Source of the DNA: Corallococcus sp. EGB
Lineage (GTDB): Bacteria > Myxococcota > Myxococcia > Myxococcales > Myxococcaceae
Assembly: GCF_019968905.1 (NCBI RefSeq)
Contig: NZ_CP079946.1
Span: forward strand, 5,985,356-6,049,355
DNA: 64,000 nucleotides
Reading direction: 5' to 3'
Made by a program: the position numbers and the translations under genes
Part shown: piece after piece, positions 42,287-52,468 of the stretch
Layout of the letters: each line of letters opens with the position of its first letter
Numbering within the stretch: position 1 is the first letter of the stretch
The notes under the pieces: generated by a model
Told to the model about the DNA's origin: nothing
What the model saw: only the letters and a program-made list of their open reading frames with translations
Database searches by the model: none

Positions 42287-42385
42287 GACTCGCTCCTTTT
42301 TGAGCAGCATTGATTGATGAATCAAGCCCGCGTGGACCGTAGTGGCGCACCACTACCGGGTCAAGCGCGGCACCGCGCGGCGTCC

Positions 42386-42760
42386 TCAGACGCGCGACGT
42401 GTCCACTGCGGGGCGCAGGGACTGTCGCACCATCGACAGCAGGTCGTTGAGCTCGAAGGGCTTGGCCAGGTGGCCCACCGCGCCAATGTCCTTCGCCTTG
42501 CTGCCGACGTTGCGGTCCGCGCTGAGGACGATGAGCGGGATGCCCGCCACGTCCGGCTTCTGGCGCATCCGCTGGGCGAACTCCCAGCCGTCCATCACCG
42601 GCATCATCAGGTCCAACAGGATGAGGTCGGGAGGCTCCGGCTCCAGGCGCTCCAGGGCCTCCTTGCCATTGCGGGCCCGGCGGATCTCGAAGCCTTCAGC
42701 CTCGAGGATCTCCGACAGGGCTTCCAAGATGTCGGGATCGTCGTCCACGACGAGCACCAC
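42386..42760 (-). CDS. Single-domain response regulator (CheY-like receiver).
   Basis: MVLVVDDDPDILEALSEIL...LILLDLMMPVMDG...AKPFE. Confidence 0.85.
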   Translation of the reverse strand: MVLVVDDDPDILEALSEILEAEGFEIRRARNGKEALERLEPEPPDLILLDLMMPVMDGWEFAQRMRQKPDVAGIPLIVLSADRNVGSKAKDIGAVGHLAKPFELNDLLSMVRQSLRPAVDTSRV

Positions 42761-42959
42761 GGGTGCGCCAGCATGCTGTGCGTTGAGCGAGGTCAGAGGT
42801 GTCTCCTCGATACCGCTACCTGGGACGATTCTTCACCATCACTGGCCCCCCGGGCACAAGAAATCAAGGGGCGTCAACCCGGCGTGGGAGCCCGTTGCAA
42901 AACCGACAGTCACTGCCCACCCTTCCAGTGATTCGAGGGACGACCAGGGGGAGGTACGC

Positions 42960-44009
42960 GTGACGTGGTCGGGGGAGACGCGAGGAGGCAACGAAGCCGC
43001 GCCGGGGCTCGCGCTGATGCCCCGCCAGGGGGCGCCGCGCCTGCTCGGTCCCCTGCTCCTGGACTACCTGGGGTTGGAGGCCCTGCCACCCGCCCCGGGC
43101 GCGACGGGCGTCGACGGGCTGATGTCCGCCGCGGGCTTCCACCGCAGGGACGGCCAGCGAAACGTCTGGGAGCGCGACGAGCGCACCCTCCTGGTGGGCG
43201 AGGAGCCCCTGGAGGACGGCGGACGGCTGGTGTGGGCGCTGCCGGTGCCCTGGAGCGCCGACCCGGATGGCCCCCAGGCCTCGGAGGCGAGCGAGCGCGT
43301 GGCGGACCGCGTGCGCTACCTGTCGCTCGCGTCGCATGACCTGCGCGGCTCCCTGGCCAACATCCGCTCGTACGCGGCGCTGCTGCTCAACGGCCGCATC
43401 CCGCTGGAGCCCAAGGTGCAGCGCTACATGGAGACCATCCTGCGCAACGCCGACCGGGCCATCTCCTTCGCCCAGGACTTCTTCGATTCCAGCCGCGCGA
43501 ACCTGGGTGCGCTGGCGTGCGAGCGCGAGCGCCAGCCGCTGCTGCCCATCCTGGATGCCGCGGTGGAGCGCATGCGGAGCACCGCCTCCTCCGCCAACGT
43601 GGAGCTGGTGCTGGACGCGCTGCCGGAGCTGCCCGACGTGAACGTGGACGCGGGCCGCATCCAGCACGCGGTGGAGGCCTTCCTCCACCACCTGCTGGGG
43701 CGCGCGCAGCCGGGCGAGTCCCTGCATGTGCGCGCCGAGCGACTGGGACACCAGGTGCGGGTGGAGGTGCGCCGCGAGGGGGCGTCCGTTCCGGAAGAGG
43801 ACATCCACACCGTCTTCCAGTGCGAGGCACGCGCCCTGCGTGAGCGCAAGCTGGAGGATCCGCTGCGCGTCTTCCTGGCACGGCAGGAGGTGGAGGCTCA
43901 CGGAGGCCAGGTGGGCGCCCGGGTGGATCCGGACGGGACCACCCTGTACCTCACGTTGCCCTTATCGGTGCCAGAGGAAGCCGGACAGCCAGCGGGCTGG
44001 CAGGCGTGA
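42960..44009 (+). CDS. Soluble sensor histidine kinase.
   Basis: H-box LSLASHDLRGSLANI and a HATPase_c domain; GTG start with a GGGGGAGG ribosome-binding site; no transmembrane segment. Confidence 0.75.
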   Translation: MTWSGETRGGNEAAPGLALMPRQGAPRLLGPLLLDYLGLEALPPAPGATGVDGLMSAAGFHRRDGQRNVWERDERTLLVGEEPLEDGGRLVWALPVPWSADPDGPQASEASERVADRVRYLSLASHDLRGSLANIRSYAALLLNGRIPLEPKVQRYMETILRNADRAISFAQDFFDSSRANLGALACERERQPLLPILDAAVERMRSTASSANVELVLDALPELPDVNVDAGRIQHAVEAFLHHLLGRAQPGESLHVRAERLGHQVRVEVRREGASVPEEDIHTVFQCEARALRERKLEDPLRVFLARQEVEAHGGQVGARVDPDGTTLYLTLPLSVPEEAGQPAGWQA

Positions 44010-44086
44010 GCCCTGCACGCGGGAGTTGCTAGCGCGCCCCCCCTCCCACCGGTATGCTCCCCGCGCATTTCGTGAGGAGTGAAGCC

Positions 44087-44320
44087 ATGGGATTGAAGCT
44101 TCCTGAGATTCTTCTGATTTTCGCGGCGCTGCTGCTGCTGTTCGGTGGCTCGCGGCTGCCGCAGCTCGGCTCGTCCCTGGGCAGCGCGCTCCGCAACTTC
44201 AAGCGCGGCTTCTCCGGTGACGAGAAGGACGAGGTCAGCGACAAGAAGCCCGGCACGCTGTCCGCGTCCACCACCGTGGACAAGGACGTCGCGGCCAAGT
44301 CGCCCAGCCACAACGCCTGA
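44087..44320 (+). CDS. tatA: Twin-arginine translocase TatA/E.
   Basis: MGLKLPEILLIFAALLLLFGGSRLPQLGSSLGSALRNFKRGF. Confidence 0.8.
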   Translation: MGLKLPEILLIFAALLLLFGGSRLPQLGSSLGSALRNFKRGFSGDEKDEVSDKKPGTLSASTTVDKDVAAKSPSHNA

Positions 44321-44499
44321 CCTCCGTCCGGGTGGGCCCGGGAAGGCCCCGCCCCGGTCGGACGACATCACAGCCTCAAGACGTTCTCCCGTGACGCCCG
44401 TACCCTGACCGCTTGAAGCGGCCATGGACGGGCGTCGGGCTTTTGGGGCCATGCCCCCCGCGACCTTCAGGTCACGGGGGGCCACGGCGGTGGGGACGG

Positions 44500-46371
44500 T
44501 CAGTCTCCGCCCTTGCCGCTCGCGTACATGGCGTCGATGAGCATGGCGTACTTCTGGCTGGCCACCTTGCGCTTCACCTTGAGCGTCGGCGTGAGCTCGC
44601 CGGACTCCTGCGTGAAGTCCGCCTTCATCACCTGGAACTTCTTGATGGTGGAGTACGGAGGAATCTCCGCGTTCACCTTCTTGAAGATCTCCTCGATGGC
44701 CGCGCGGATCTCCGGCCGCTGCGAGTTCTGCTCGTAGCTGCCCACCGCGATGCCCTTTTCCTCCAGCAGCTTGCGCGCGGGCTCCTCGGAGACCGTGACG
44801 AGCGCGACGAGGTACGGCTGCTTGTCACCGACCACCATCGCCTGGCTGATGAGCGGGAAGGTCTTGAGCGTGTTCTCGATGTTCTGCGGCGCCACGTTCT
44901 TGCCGCCCGCGGTGACGATGATGTCCTTCTTGCGGTCGGTGATGCGCAGGTAGTTGTCGGAGTCCACCTCGCCGATGTCGCCGGTGTGGAACCAGCCGTC
45001 CGGATCCAGCACCTCCGCGGTGGCAGCGGGGTTCTTGTAGTAGCCCTTCATCACGCAGGGGCCACGCACCAGGATCTCTCCGTCCGCGGCGATCTTGATC
45101 TCCGTGCCCGGCACCGGCGGGCCCACGGTGCCGATCTTGATCTTCTCCACCCGGTTGGCGTTGCACGGGGCGCTCGTCTCCGTGAGGCCGTAGCCCTCCA
45201 GCACCTTCAGGTCGAGCAGGTCGAAGAAGTAGGCGATCTTCCGCGACAGCGGCGCGCCGCCGGAGATGAAGATGCGCATGTTGCCGCCCAGCTTCTCATC
45301 CAGCGTCTTGCGCACCTTGGAGAACACCAGCCGCTTGGCCAAGCTGAACTGGAGCGAGCTGTACTCGCGGCCCTGGGCCTTGGCCTCGGCGTACTCGTCA
45401 AAGAGGCCGAAGGCCCACTTGAAGAGCTTGCCCTTCATGCCGGGCGCCGCCGAGCCGTTGGCCACGACGTTGTTGTAGACCTTCTCGAAGACGCGCGGCA
45501 CGGACGGCAGCACCGTGGGGCGCGTCTCCGCCAGGTTCGCCAGCAGCTTGTCCACCGACTCCGCGATGATGAGGCGGAAGCCCATGGACAGCCACGCGGC
45601 CTTCACCACCTGCGCGAACACGTGCGCCAGGGGCAGGAAGAGCATGACGGAGTCGTCCGGCTTCATCATGCCCATGGCCTGGGTGGCCTTCGCTTCATAG
45701 GCCCAGTTGCCGTGGGTGAGGATGACGCCCTTGGGGTCGCCCGTGGTGCCGGAGGTGTAGATGAGCAGGTTGGTGTCGTCCGTCTTCACCTGCGCCACGC
45801 GCTCGGCGAACGCGGCCTCGGAGGCGAACGGCTGGCCCTTGCCGGAGGCCACCACCTCCGCGAGCGTCAGCTCCTTGCCGCCGTCGGCGACGGGGCCCTC
45901 GAAGACGACGATCTTCTCCAGCTTGGGGATGTCCGCGAGCTTGGAGCGCACGCGCGACAGGCGGCCCGCCTGCTTGGCGTCCTTCTCGTCGTTGTCGACG
46001 AGCAGCAGCCGCGTCTCCGAGTGGTTCAGGATGTAGCGGCACTCATCCGGCGTGTTGGAGCCGTAGATGGGCACCGTGATGGCCTGGGCCGCGCTGATGG
46101 CCAGGTCCGCGATGATCCACTGGAGGCTGGTGTTGGCGAAGATGGCCACCCGGTCCCCGGGCTGGATGCCCTGGGCGATGAGGCCCGCCGCCAGCGCCTT
46201 CACGTCCTCCAGCACCTGCGCGTACGTGACGTCCTGCCAGCGCCCGTCCTTCTTGTGGGTGACGCCTACCTTGGAGGCGTTCTGGGCCCGCTGAACGAGC
46301 AACTGGACGAGGTTCTGCTCCTGCGTCCCGCCCGCCGCGGGAGCCGTCGTGACCTGACTCTCTGCCCTCAC
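44500..46371 (-). CDS. Long-chain fatty acid-CoA ligase (AMP-dependent synthetase).
   Basis: IYTSGTTGDPKGV, GYGLTE, HTGDIG; the GTG start is GTGA-coupled to the upstream gene. Confidence 0.85.
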   Translation of the reverse strand: MRAESQVTTAPAAGGTQEQNLVQLLVQRAQNASKVGVTHKKDGRWQDVTYAQVLEDVKALAAGLIAQGIQPGDRVAIFANTSLQWIIADLAISAAQAITVPIYGSNTPDECRYILNHSETRLLLVDNDEKDAKQAGRLSRVRSKLADIPKLEKIVVFEGPVADGGKELTLAEVVASGKGQPFASEAAFAERVAQVKTDDTNLLIYTSGTTGDPKGVILTHGNWAYEAKATQAMGMMKPDDSVMLFLPLAHVFAQVVKAAWLSMGFRLIIAESVDKLLANLAETRPTVLPSVPRVFEKVYNNVVANGSAAPGMKGKLFKWAFGLFDEYAEAKAQGREYSSLQFSLAKRLVFSKVRKTLDEKLGGNMRIFISGGAPLSRKIAYFFDLLDLKVLEGYGLTETSAPCNANRVEKIKIGTVGPPVPGTEIKIAADGEILVRGPCVMKGYYKNPAATAEVLDPDGWFHTGDIGEVDSDNYLRITDRKKDIIVTAGGKNVAPQNIENTLKTFPLISQAMVVGDKQPYLVALVTVSEEPARKLLEEKGIAVGSYEQNSQRPEIRAAIEEIFKKVNAEIPPYSTIKKFQVMKADFTQESGELTPTLKVKRKVASQKYAMLIDAMYASGKGGD

Positions 46372-47108
46372 TTGAGCTCCTCCTGGATGTCGGCATCCAC
46401 CTTCTTGGCCCACTGCTGCACGCGCTGCCCCTCCGCGGGGTTGTAAGCGGTGCTTCCCTGCTTGACCTTCTCGATGGCGGCGCTCGCCTCCTTCGCCTTG
46501 CCGTCCTTCAGGAGCGTCTCGGCGAGGTAGTAGTGCGCGCGCAGCGACTGCGGAAACTTGGCGATGGCCTTCTGGTAGAACTCGGCGGACTTGCCGAGGT
46601 CGCGCTTGGGCCAGGGCAGCTCATAGAAATATCGCCCCTTCACCAGCCAGGGGCCGCCGAACTCGTACGTGGGGTCGATCTTCAGCGCGGTGTCCAGGCG
46701 CTCGTTGAACTTGCCCTCCAGGCCGTCACCCAGGGCCTTCATGATGCCCACGGCCTGCGAGTAGGAGCCGATGCCGCAGGCGGCGAAGTAGTAGCCCTCC
46801 ACGCGCGCGGGCTGCAGCCTGGCCGCCTTGTCGCCCGCCTCCCAGGTCTGCTTGCCCAGGACCATCTTGAGCTTCTTCTCCGTGGCGCCGTCCGCCTGCC
46901 ACTGGAGCATGCGCGCCTTGCGCCACGCGAGGTCGAAGTCGTCCGGCGCGGCCTTCAGCGCCTCGGAGAGGCCCGCGTCCAACGCCTTGAGGGAGTCCGC
47001 GTCATTGCGTTTGGCGTACAACGCGTCGAGTTGGTCGAGCAGCGCGGGATCCGCAGCGTGTGCTGGGATGGCCCAAAGCACCCAAAGGGCAAGCAATTTC
47101 AAGCGCAT
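46368..47108 (-). CDS. Secreted TPR-like hypothetical protein.
   Basis: Signal peptide MRLKLLALWVLWAIPAHA and helical repeat character. Confidence 0.55.
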   Translation of the reverse strand: MRLKLLALWVLWAIPAHAADPALLDQLDALYAKRNDADSLKALDAGLSEALKAAPDDFDLAWRKARMLQWQADGATEKKLKMVLGKQTWEAGDKAARLQPARVEGYYFAACGIGSYSQAVGIMKALGDGLEGKFNERLDTALKIDPTYEFGGPWLVKGRYFYELPWPKRDLGKSAEFYQKAIAKFPQSLRAHYYLAETLLKDGKAKEASAAIEKVKQGSTAYNPAEGQRVQQWAKKVDADIQEELK

Positions 47109-47167
47109 CGAAAAGCCTTAGCACGCACGCTCGCTCACCATCAACCGAACGCGGAAGACGCAGCGCG

Positions 47168-47210
47168 GCAAAAAAAGAAGACGGGGCAGGCAAGGTGCGA
47201 ACACCCCGCC
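47168..47210 (-). terminator. Rho-independent terminator after the sigma factor gene.
   Basis: On the minus strand: ggcggggtgttcgcaccttgcctgccccgtc followed by ttctttttttg. Confidence 0.45.
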
Positions 47211-47247
47211 AAACCCCGTCGCCGGTGCAACAGTCCCTGCCCGCGCT

Positions 47248-47991
47248 TCAGGCGGCATCAACCGCCGTGGCCGGATGCTCCTCGTTCTCGTTGAAGGCGA
47301 CGAGGTAGCGCTCCAGGAAGTTCTTCGTCTTGAGCTCCACCTGGCGCACGCGCTCGCGCGACACGCCCCAGCGCTGGCCCAGTTCCTCCAGCGTCAGCGG
47401 CTTGTCCTGCGTGAGGCGCTCCTGGAGGATGTCCCAGCCCAGGTCGCCGATGCGCTTGCGCACCTTGGCCAGGGCATCCTGGATCTCCGTGTCCTGCTCG
47501 CGGGAGAGGAACGACTCCTGCGGCGAGGGACCGCCGTCCTCCAGCCGGTCGAGGAAGGTCGTCTCACCCTCCTCGTCGATGGTGGCGTCCAGCGAGAAGT
47601 CCACCATGCTGCCGCGCTCGGCCTCGCCACCGCGCACCTGGCTGCGGTTGTCCTTCAGGTAGCGGGTGATGTAGGCGCGGATCCACCACACGGCATAGGT
47701 GGCGAAGCGCACGTTCTTCTTGGGGTCGAAGTGCTCGATGGCCTTCATGAGGCCCACGTTGCCTTCCTGGATGAGGTCGTCCAGGCGGGCACCGCGGTTG
47801 GCGAACTTCTTCGCCACGGCGACCACGAAAGCGAGGTTGGAGCTGGCGAGCGTCTGTCGGGCGCTCTCGTCACCCTTGCGGGCCTGGCGGGCCAGCTCGT
47901 ACTCCTGTTCACGCGTGAGCTGCTGGTGCCCGCCCAGGTGACGCAGGTAATGCGAAAGGCCCTCTGCCGCGTACTTCGTCGAGTTGGCCAT
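47248..47991 (-). CDS. Sigma-70 family RNA polymerase sigma factor, group 3 (RpoH/SigB-like).
   Basis: Region 2 NLAFVVAVAKKF...LDDLIQEGNVGLMKAIEHFD...YAVWWIRAYI and a region 4 helix-turn-helix LEELGQRWGVSRERVRQVE. Confidence 0.85.
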   Translation of the reverse strand: MANSTKYAAEGLSHYLRHLGGHQQLTREQEYELARQARKGDESARQTLASSNLAFVVAVAKKFANRGARLDDLIQEGNVGLMKAIEHFDPKKNVRFATYAVWWIRAYITRYLKDNRSQVRGGEAERGSMVDFSLDATIDEEGETTFLDRLEDGGPSPQESFLSREQDTEIQDALAKVRKRIGDLGWDILQERLTQDKPLTLEELGQRWGVSRERVRQVELKTKNFLERYLVAFNENEEHPATAVDAA

Positions 47992-48221
47992 GATTTCCCG
48001 TCCTTCCGTTCGTAACTGCCGGACGCGATGTGTCCCCCGACGAACCGCGTCCACCTGTCACTAGGACGCGCAACGGCGGAAAGGGTTTCGCATTCCTTCC
48101 AAGAAGGGCATTTCGACCGCCTGCCCTTGTCAAAAGGCCGTCACGCACTCGCACTTCCGGGCCTTTGGAAGCACGCGACGCGACGGGTGGGACAGCACCT
48201 ACGTTTCCGGCCACGAAGGCT

Positions 48222-49649
48222 TCAACGCTTGAGCGCGGGGAAGATTTTCTCCGGGTTGAGCAGGCCTGATGGATCAAAAAAGGTCTTCAGACGGCGCTGC
48301 AGCGCGAGCAGCTCCGGCGACTGCTCCAGCGCCAGATATTCCCGCTTCGCGTGCCCCACGCCGTGCTCGCCGGTGATGGTGCCTCCCAGCTCCACGGTGA
48401 GCACCAGCATGCGCTTCAGCGCCTCATCGACAAGGGGACGCTGGGCGGGACCTTCGTACAGGATGTTGGCGTGCAGGTTGCCGTCGCCCGCGTGGCCATA
48501 CGTGGCCACGGTGAGCCCCAGCTCCTCGCCCATCCGCTTCAGCCGCTCGATGATGTCGGGAATTTTCGAGCGGGGGACCACGATGTCCTCGGAGATCTTC
48601 GCGGGCTTGAGCGCGCGCAGGGCCGGGGAGATGACCCGCCGGGCGGCCCAGAGCTTCTCGCGCTGACCATCGTCCTGGGCCACCAGGGTCTGGGTGGCCC
48701 CGTGCTGGTTGCAGATGTCCCCCAACAGCTGAAGCTCCGCGAAGACGCCTTCGGACGTGTTGCCGTCGACCTCGGCGATGAGGGCGGCGCCCGCGTCCGG
48801 AGGGAACTGGAAGCTGCCCCGGTGCACGATGGCCTGGACGGCGACCTCGTCGATGAGCTCCAGGCAGCGCGGCAGGATGCCGGCGGCGAGCACCGCGGAG
48901 ACGCCGCGCGCCGCGTCCAGCACGGAGGGGAACACCACCAGCGCGGTCATCACCTGGCGGGGAAGTGGGATGAGCTGCACCGTGATTTCGGTGGCCACGC
49001 CGAGCGTACCCTCGGAGCCGACGAACAGCCCCACCAGGTCGTAGCCGGCCACGCCCTTGATGGTGCGCCGGCCCACGCGCAGCACCTCACCGTCCGGCAT
49101 CACCCACTCCAGGCCGATGACGTAGTCGCGCGTGACGCCATACTTCAGGGCGCGCGGGCCGCCGGCGTTCTCCGCCACGTTGCCGCCCAGCGTGCAGAAC
49201 TCCCAGGAGTTCGGATCCGGCGGATAGAAGAGCCCTTGCGCCTCCACCGCCTTCATCAGGTCGCCCGTCACCACGCCGGGCTCCACCACCGCGATGAGGT
49301 CCTCCTTGGAGATGGAGCGGATTCTGTTCATGCGCTCCAGGCTCACCGCCATGCCGCCCTTGAGGGGCAGCGAACCGCCGCTCTTGCCGCTGCGCGCGCC
49401 GCAGGGGGTGAAGGGCACGCCGTGCATCTGGCACGCCTTGAAGATGGCGGACACCTGCGCGGTGTTCTCCGGCAGGAGGACCGCGTCGGGCCGGTACACG
49501 CCGCTGTCGGACTCGTCGCGCGAGTAGGCGTCGAGCGCGTCCGCGTCGCGCTTCACCTGGCCTTCGGACAGCACGCCCGCCAGGGCCTCCAGCACCTTCG
49601 CGACGCGCTCGGGCGCCACCCGTTCGAAGGCCTGGGCGGCGGGGTTCAT
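48222..49649 (-). CDS. FAD-linked oxidase (GlcD/D-lactate dehydrogenase family).
   Basis: FAD-binding PCMH domain (GARSGKSGGSLPLKGGMAVSLERMNRI) and a C-terminal oxidase domain. Confidence 0.85.
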   Translation of the reverse strand: MNPAAQAFERVAPERVAKVLEALAGVLSEGQVKRDADALDAYSRDESDSGVYRPDAVLLPENTAQVSAIFKACQMHGVPFTPCGARSGKSGGSLPLKGGMAVSLERMNRIRSISKEDLIAVVEPGVVTGDLMKAVEAQGLFYPPDPNSWEFCTLGGNVAENAGGPRALKYGVTRDYVIGLEWVMPDGEVLRVGRRTIKGVAGYDLVGLFVGSEGTLGVATEITVQLIPLPRQVMTALVVFPSVLDAARGVSAVLAAGILPRCLELIDEVAVQAIVHRGSFQFPPDAGAALIAEVDGNTSEGVFAELQLLGDICNQHGATQTLVAQDDGQREKLWAARRVISPALRALKPAKISEDIVVPRSKIPDIIERLKRMGEELGLTVATYGHAGDGNLHANILYEGPAQRPLVDEALKRMLVLTVELGGTITGEHGVGHAKREYLALEQSPELLALQRRLKTFFDPSGLLNPEKIFPALKR

Positions 49650-50230
49650 CGCGGGGACCTCGTCGTCGCCAGACCTGGACGTGCCGCGAGGCGGGCCCAC
49701 AGCTCGCGGCGCAGGGGGCCGTCGCGGCGCAGGCGCCCTTCATAGGCCTCCGCGTGGGTGACGGCGTCGCGCTGGTGATCCGCCCTCAGTCGCAGGCACG
49801 CCTGCTCCGCCTCCAGGATGCAGGCGGTGGCGGGGCTGTCCAGCACCCGAGCAAGCGAGCGCGCCACCTGCCGCGCCAGGTCTTCCTGGAGGATGAGCCG
49901 GTGCGCGAAGCAGTCCACGAGCGCGCCAATGCGTCCGAAGCCCACCACGCGCGTCCCCGGCACGTAGGCCACGTGCGCGCGGCCGGTGAAGGGCAGCAGG
50001 TGGTGCGGACACATGGAGTGGAAGCGCAGGTCCGTCACCACCACCAGCTCTCCCGACGAGTCCGCGGGCGCGGGGTAGGTCTTCCCGAGCGCCTCCTCGG
50101 GCGTGCGTCCGTAGCCGTCGAGGAAGCCATGGGCCCACACGTCGGCCACGCGCGTGGGTGTGTCCACCAGGTTCACGTCCTGGAGGTCGAGCCCCGCGGC
50201 GGTGAGGAAGTCGCGGACCGCCCGGGCCAT
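49646..50230 (-). CDS. folE: GTP cyclohydrolase I.
   Basis: FHSMCPHHLLPFTGRAHVAYVPGTRVVGFGRIGALVDCFAHRLILQE. Confidence 0.85.
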   Translation of the reverse strand: MARAVRDFLTAAGLDLQDVNLVDTPTRVADVWAHGFLDGYGRTPEEALGKTYPAPADSSGELVVVTDLRFHSMCPHHLLPFTGRAHVAYVPGTRVVGFGRIGALVDCFAHRLILQEDLARQVARSLARVLDSPATACILEAEQACLRLRADHQRDAVTHAEAYEGRLRRDGPLRRELWARLAARPGLATTRSPR

Positions 50231-50572
50231 GGCGGCGGAGTCGGGGCGCGCGGCGCGAGGGGCCGGGGCCTTGGCGGCGGGGGCGCGGAGGCGGGAGCGG
50301 GAGGGAGGCACGGGCGGCGGAACTCCTGGCGCGAAGGGACATGACGGTGATGCGCGCCCAACCTAACCGATGCGGCGCGGAGGCACGTCCGGAATGAAAA
50401 CACAGCTCCCGTGTCGTCCTGTTTCGGCGGCATGCCCCCGACGGAGGTCCGAGTGCCGATGTTAAATCGCCGCGCCGCTTCATCGTCCGAGGCTGGGAGT
50501 CCCAGGAGACGGATGCACCCTGCCTGCCTTGACACTCCTGGGGGCCGACAGTAAGCCAGCCGGGACCCTGTG

Positions 50573-50992
50573 ATGCTCTCGCGCGCCCACAGCCTTGCCC
50601 GTCTCACCGCGATGCTGCTCATCGCGCTCTGGGGTGCCCAGCCGCTGGGCCTGGCGCTGCACGTGGAGCAGCACGCGCACCGGTTCTGTCCGCAGCACCA
50701 GACGTTCGAGGAGGACGCGCGGAGAGCGAATCCGGCGCTGGCCCGCTTCACCGAGCGCGCCCCCGTCGTCGCGTCCGTCCCGCCCGCCGTGGCGGACGCG
50801 CCGGGCCTCAACCACGAGACGTGCCCGCTGCTCACGGCCGCCCCGCAGGTGGAGGCCCTCTTCGCCGGGGTGTTCGCCCTCGCTTCGGCGTGCGTGGAGA
50901 GCAACCACCCCGCCACCGCGCCGCCGCGCTCCTTCACGCCGCTCGCTGTCCTCGACACCGCGCCCAAGGCCTCGCCTCCGACGCACGCGTAG
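50573..50992 (+). CDS. Hypothetical secreted His/Cys-rich protein (putative metal-binding).
   Basis: Signal peptide, then HVEQHAHRFCPQH; it lies immediately upstream of the zinc-uptake locus. Confidence 0.4.
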   Translation: MLSRAHSLARLTAMLLIALWGAQPLGLALHVEQHAHRFCPQHQTFEEDARRANPALARFTERAPVVASVPPAVADAPGLNHETCPLLTAAPQVEALFAGVFALASACVESNHPATAPPRSFTPLAVLDTAPKASPPTHA

Positions 50993-51094
50993 TTCCGCGT
51001 GTCGTGTCCGTGAAGCAGGTCATCAGGTCGATGTTCGTTACGTGGCGCGCGGGTATGCGCTCCACGAACGGCTGGTTTCGAGGAGCCCACATCC

Positions 51095-52468
51095 GTGTCA
51101 TCCCATCCGCGCAGGAATCCCCGCGCCCTCGCCGTCGTGCTTGCAGCGCAGCTGTCCGCGAGTGCCGCTTGGGCCCAGCAGTCCACCCCTCCCTCCACCG
51201 CGTCCCCTCCTCCCGCTGACGCCCCCGCCCCGGCCGCGCCTCAATCTCCAGAGGAGGCACCGGCGCTGAGCCCCGAGGAGATGGCGGAGATCGAGAGGGC
51301 GCTGGGCACGGACACGAGCACGCGCGCGCGTCCATCCGGCGACACGTCACCGGCGTCGCCCACCGCGACGAATGACTCCGGCACGACGCCGCTCAAGCTG
51401 CCCAACGCCATCTCCGGCGGCACCAACTTCCTCAACCTGAGCTTCATCCTGGACATGGCCCTGGCGGCATTCTCCAGCAAGGAGCCGCTGCAGGGCGGCG
51501 GGCACGACCCGACGAGGAACGGCTTCAACCTCCAGCAGTTGGAGCTGTCCATCGGTTCGGTGGTGGACCCGTACTTCCGCTTCGACAGCAACATCGTCTT
51601 CAGCCAGTTCGGCGTCGAAATCGAGGAGGCCTACGTCACCACGCTGGACCTGCCGGCGAACCTCCAGGTGCGCGCGGGCCAGTTCCTCACGCGCTTCGGG
51701 CGCATCAACGCCACGCACCCGCACGCGTGGGACTTCGTGGATCAGCCCTTCGTGATGAGCCGCTACTTCGGCGCGGAGGGCAACCGGGGCCTGGGCGTGG
51801 AGGGTTCGTGGCTCACGCCACTGCCCTGGTACGTGGAGGTCATTGGCAGCGCCACGGACGCGACCGGCGAGGCCACCGCGCGCAGCTTCTTCGGCGCCTC
51901 CGCCGAGCGCGTGCTGTCCCCGCTGGACTTCCAGCTGACGGGCGCGGTGAAGCAGTTCTTCCCGCTGTCGGACGACCTGTCGCTCATGTGGGGCCTGTCC
52001 GCCGCCACGGGCCCCAATGACACGGGCTACCGCAACCACAGCACCATCTATGGCACGGACCTGTACTTGAAGTTCCGGCCCATCACGTCACAGAGCGCGC
52101 AGCAACTGGTGCTCCAGGCGGAGGTGCTCTACCGCCGCAGGCAGGTGCCGGAGGACGTGCTGTCCGACTGGGGCGGCTACGCGCAGACGGTGTGGCGCTT
52201 CTCCAACCGCTGGGCCACGGGCCTGCGCTACGAGTTCGGCTCGCCCGCGAAGACGCAGGAGGGCCGCATCGCGACGGATCCGCTGGACCCCGAGTGGATC
52301 TCCAACCGCCAGCGCATCACCGCGGCGGTGACGTTCTGGCCCACGGAGTTCTCCCGCCTGCGCCTGCAGGCCGCCACGGACCGCGTGGGCTGGCGTGAGT
52401 CGCCGGACTACTCGGCCTTCCTCGCCTTTGAAGTCGTGACTGGCGCCCACGGTGCCCATGCGTTCTGA
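51095..52468 (+). CDS. Outer-membrane beta-barrel protein, a putative metal-uptake channel associated with znuABC.
   Basis: Signal peptide, Pro/Ala-rich linker, alternating amphipathic beta-strands and a C-terminal Phe (…GAHAF); the gene overlaps the znuA start. Confidence 0.6.
   Translation: MSSHPRRNPRALAVVLAAQLSASAAWAQQSTPPSTASPPPADAPAPAAPQSPEEAPALSPEEMAEIERALGTDTSTRARPSGDTSPASPTATNDSGTTPLKLPNAISGGTNFLNLSFILDMALAAFSSKEPLQGGGHDPTRNGFNLQQLELSIGSVVDPYFRFDSNIVFSQFGVEIEEAYVTTLDLPANLQVRAGQFLTRFGRINATHPHAWDFVDQPFVMSRYFGAEGNRGLGVEGSWLTPLPWYVEVIGSATDATGEATARSFFGASAERVLSPLDFQLTGAVKQFFPLSDDLSLMWGLSAATGPNDTGYRNHSTIYGTDLYLKFRPITSQSAQQLVLQAEVLYRRRQVPEDVLSDWGGYAQTVWRFSNRWATGLRYEFGSPAKTQEGRIATDPLDPEWISNRQRITAAVTFWPTEFSRLRLQAATDRVGWRESPDYSAFLAFEVVTGAHGAHAF

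Noticed and set aside
44413-46446. A 677-aa plus-strand ORF antisense to the fatty-acid CoA ligase
   Set aside because: It is a shadow ORF and the AMP-binding motifs are on the minus strand.
48351-50483. Several plus- and minus-strand ORFs (464, 218, 247 and 196 aa) overlapping the GlcD-like and folE genes
   Set aside because: They are Arg/Gly/Pro-rich shadows, whereas the real genes carry FAD-binding and GTP cyclohydrolase I motifs.
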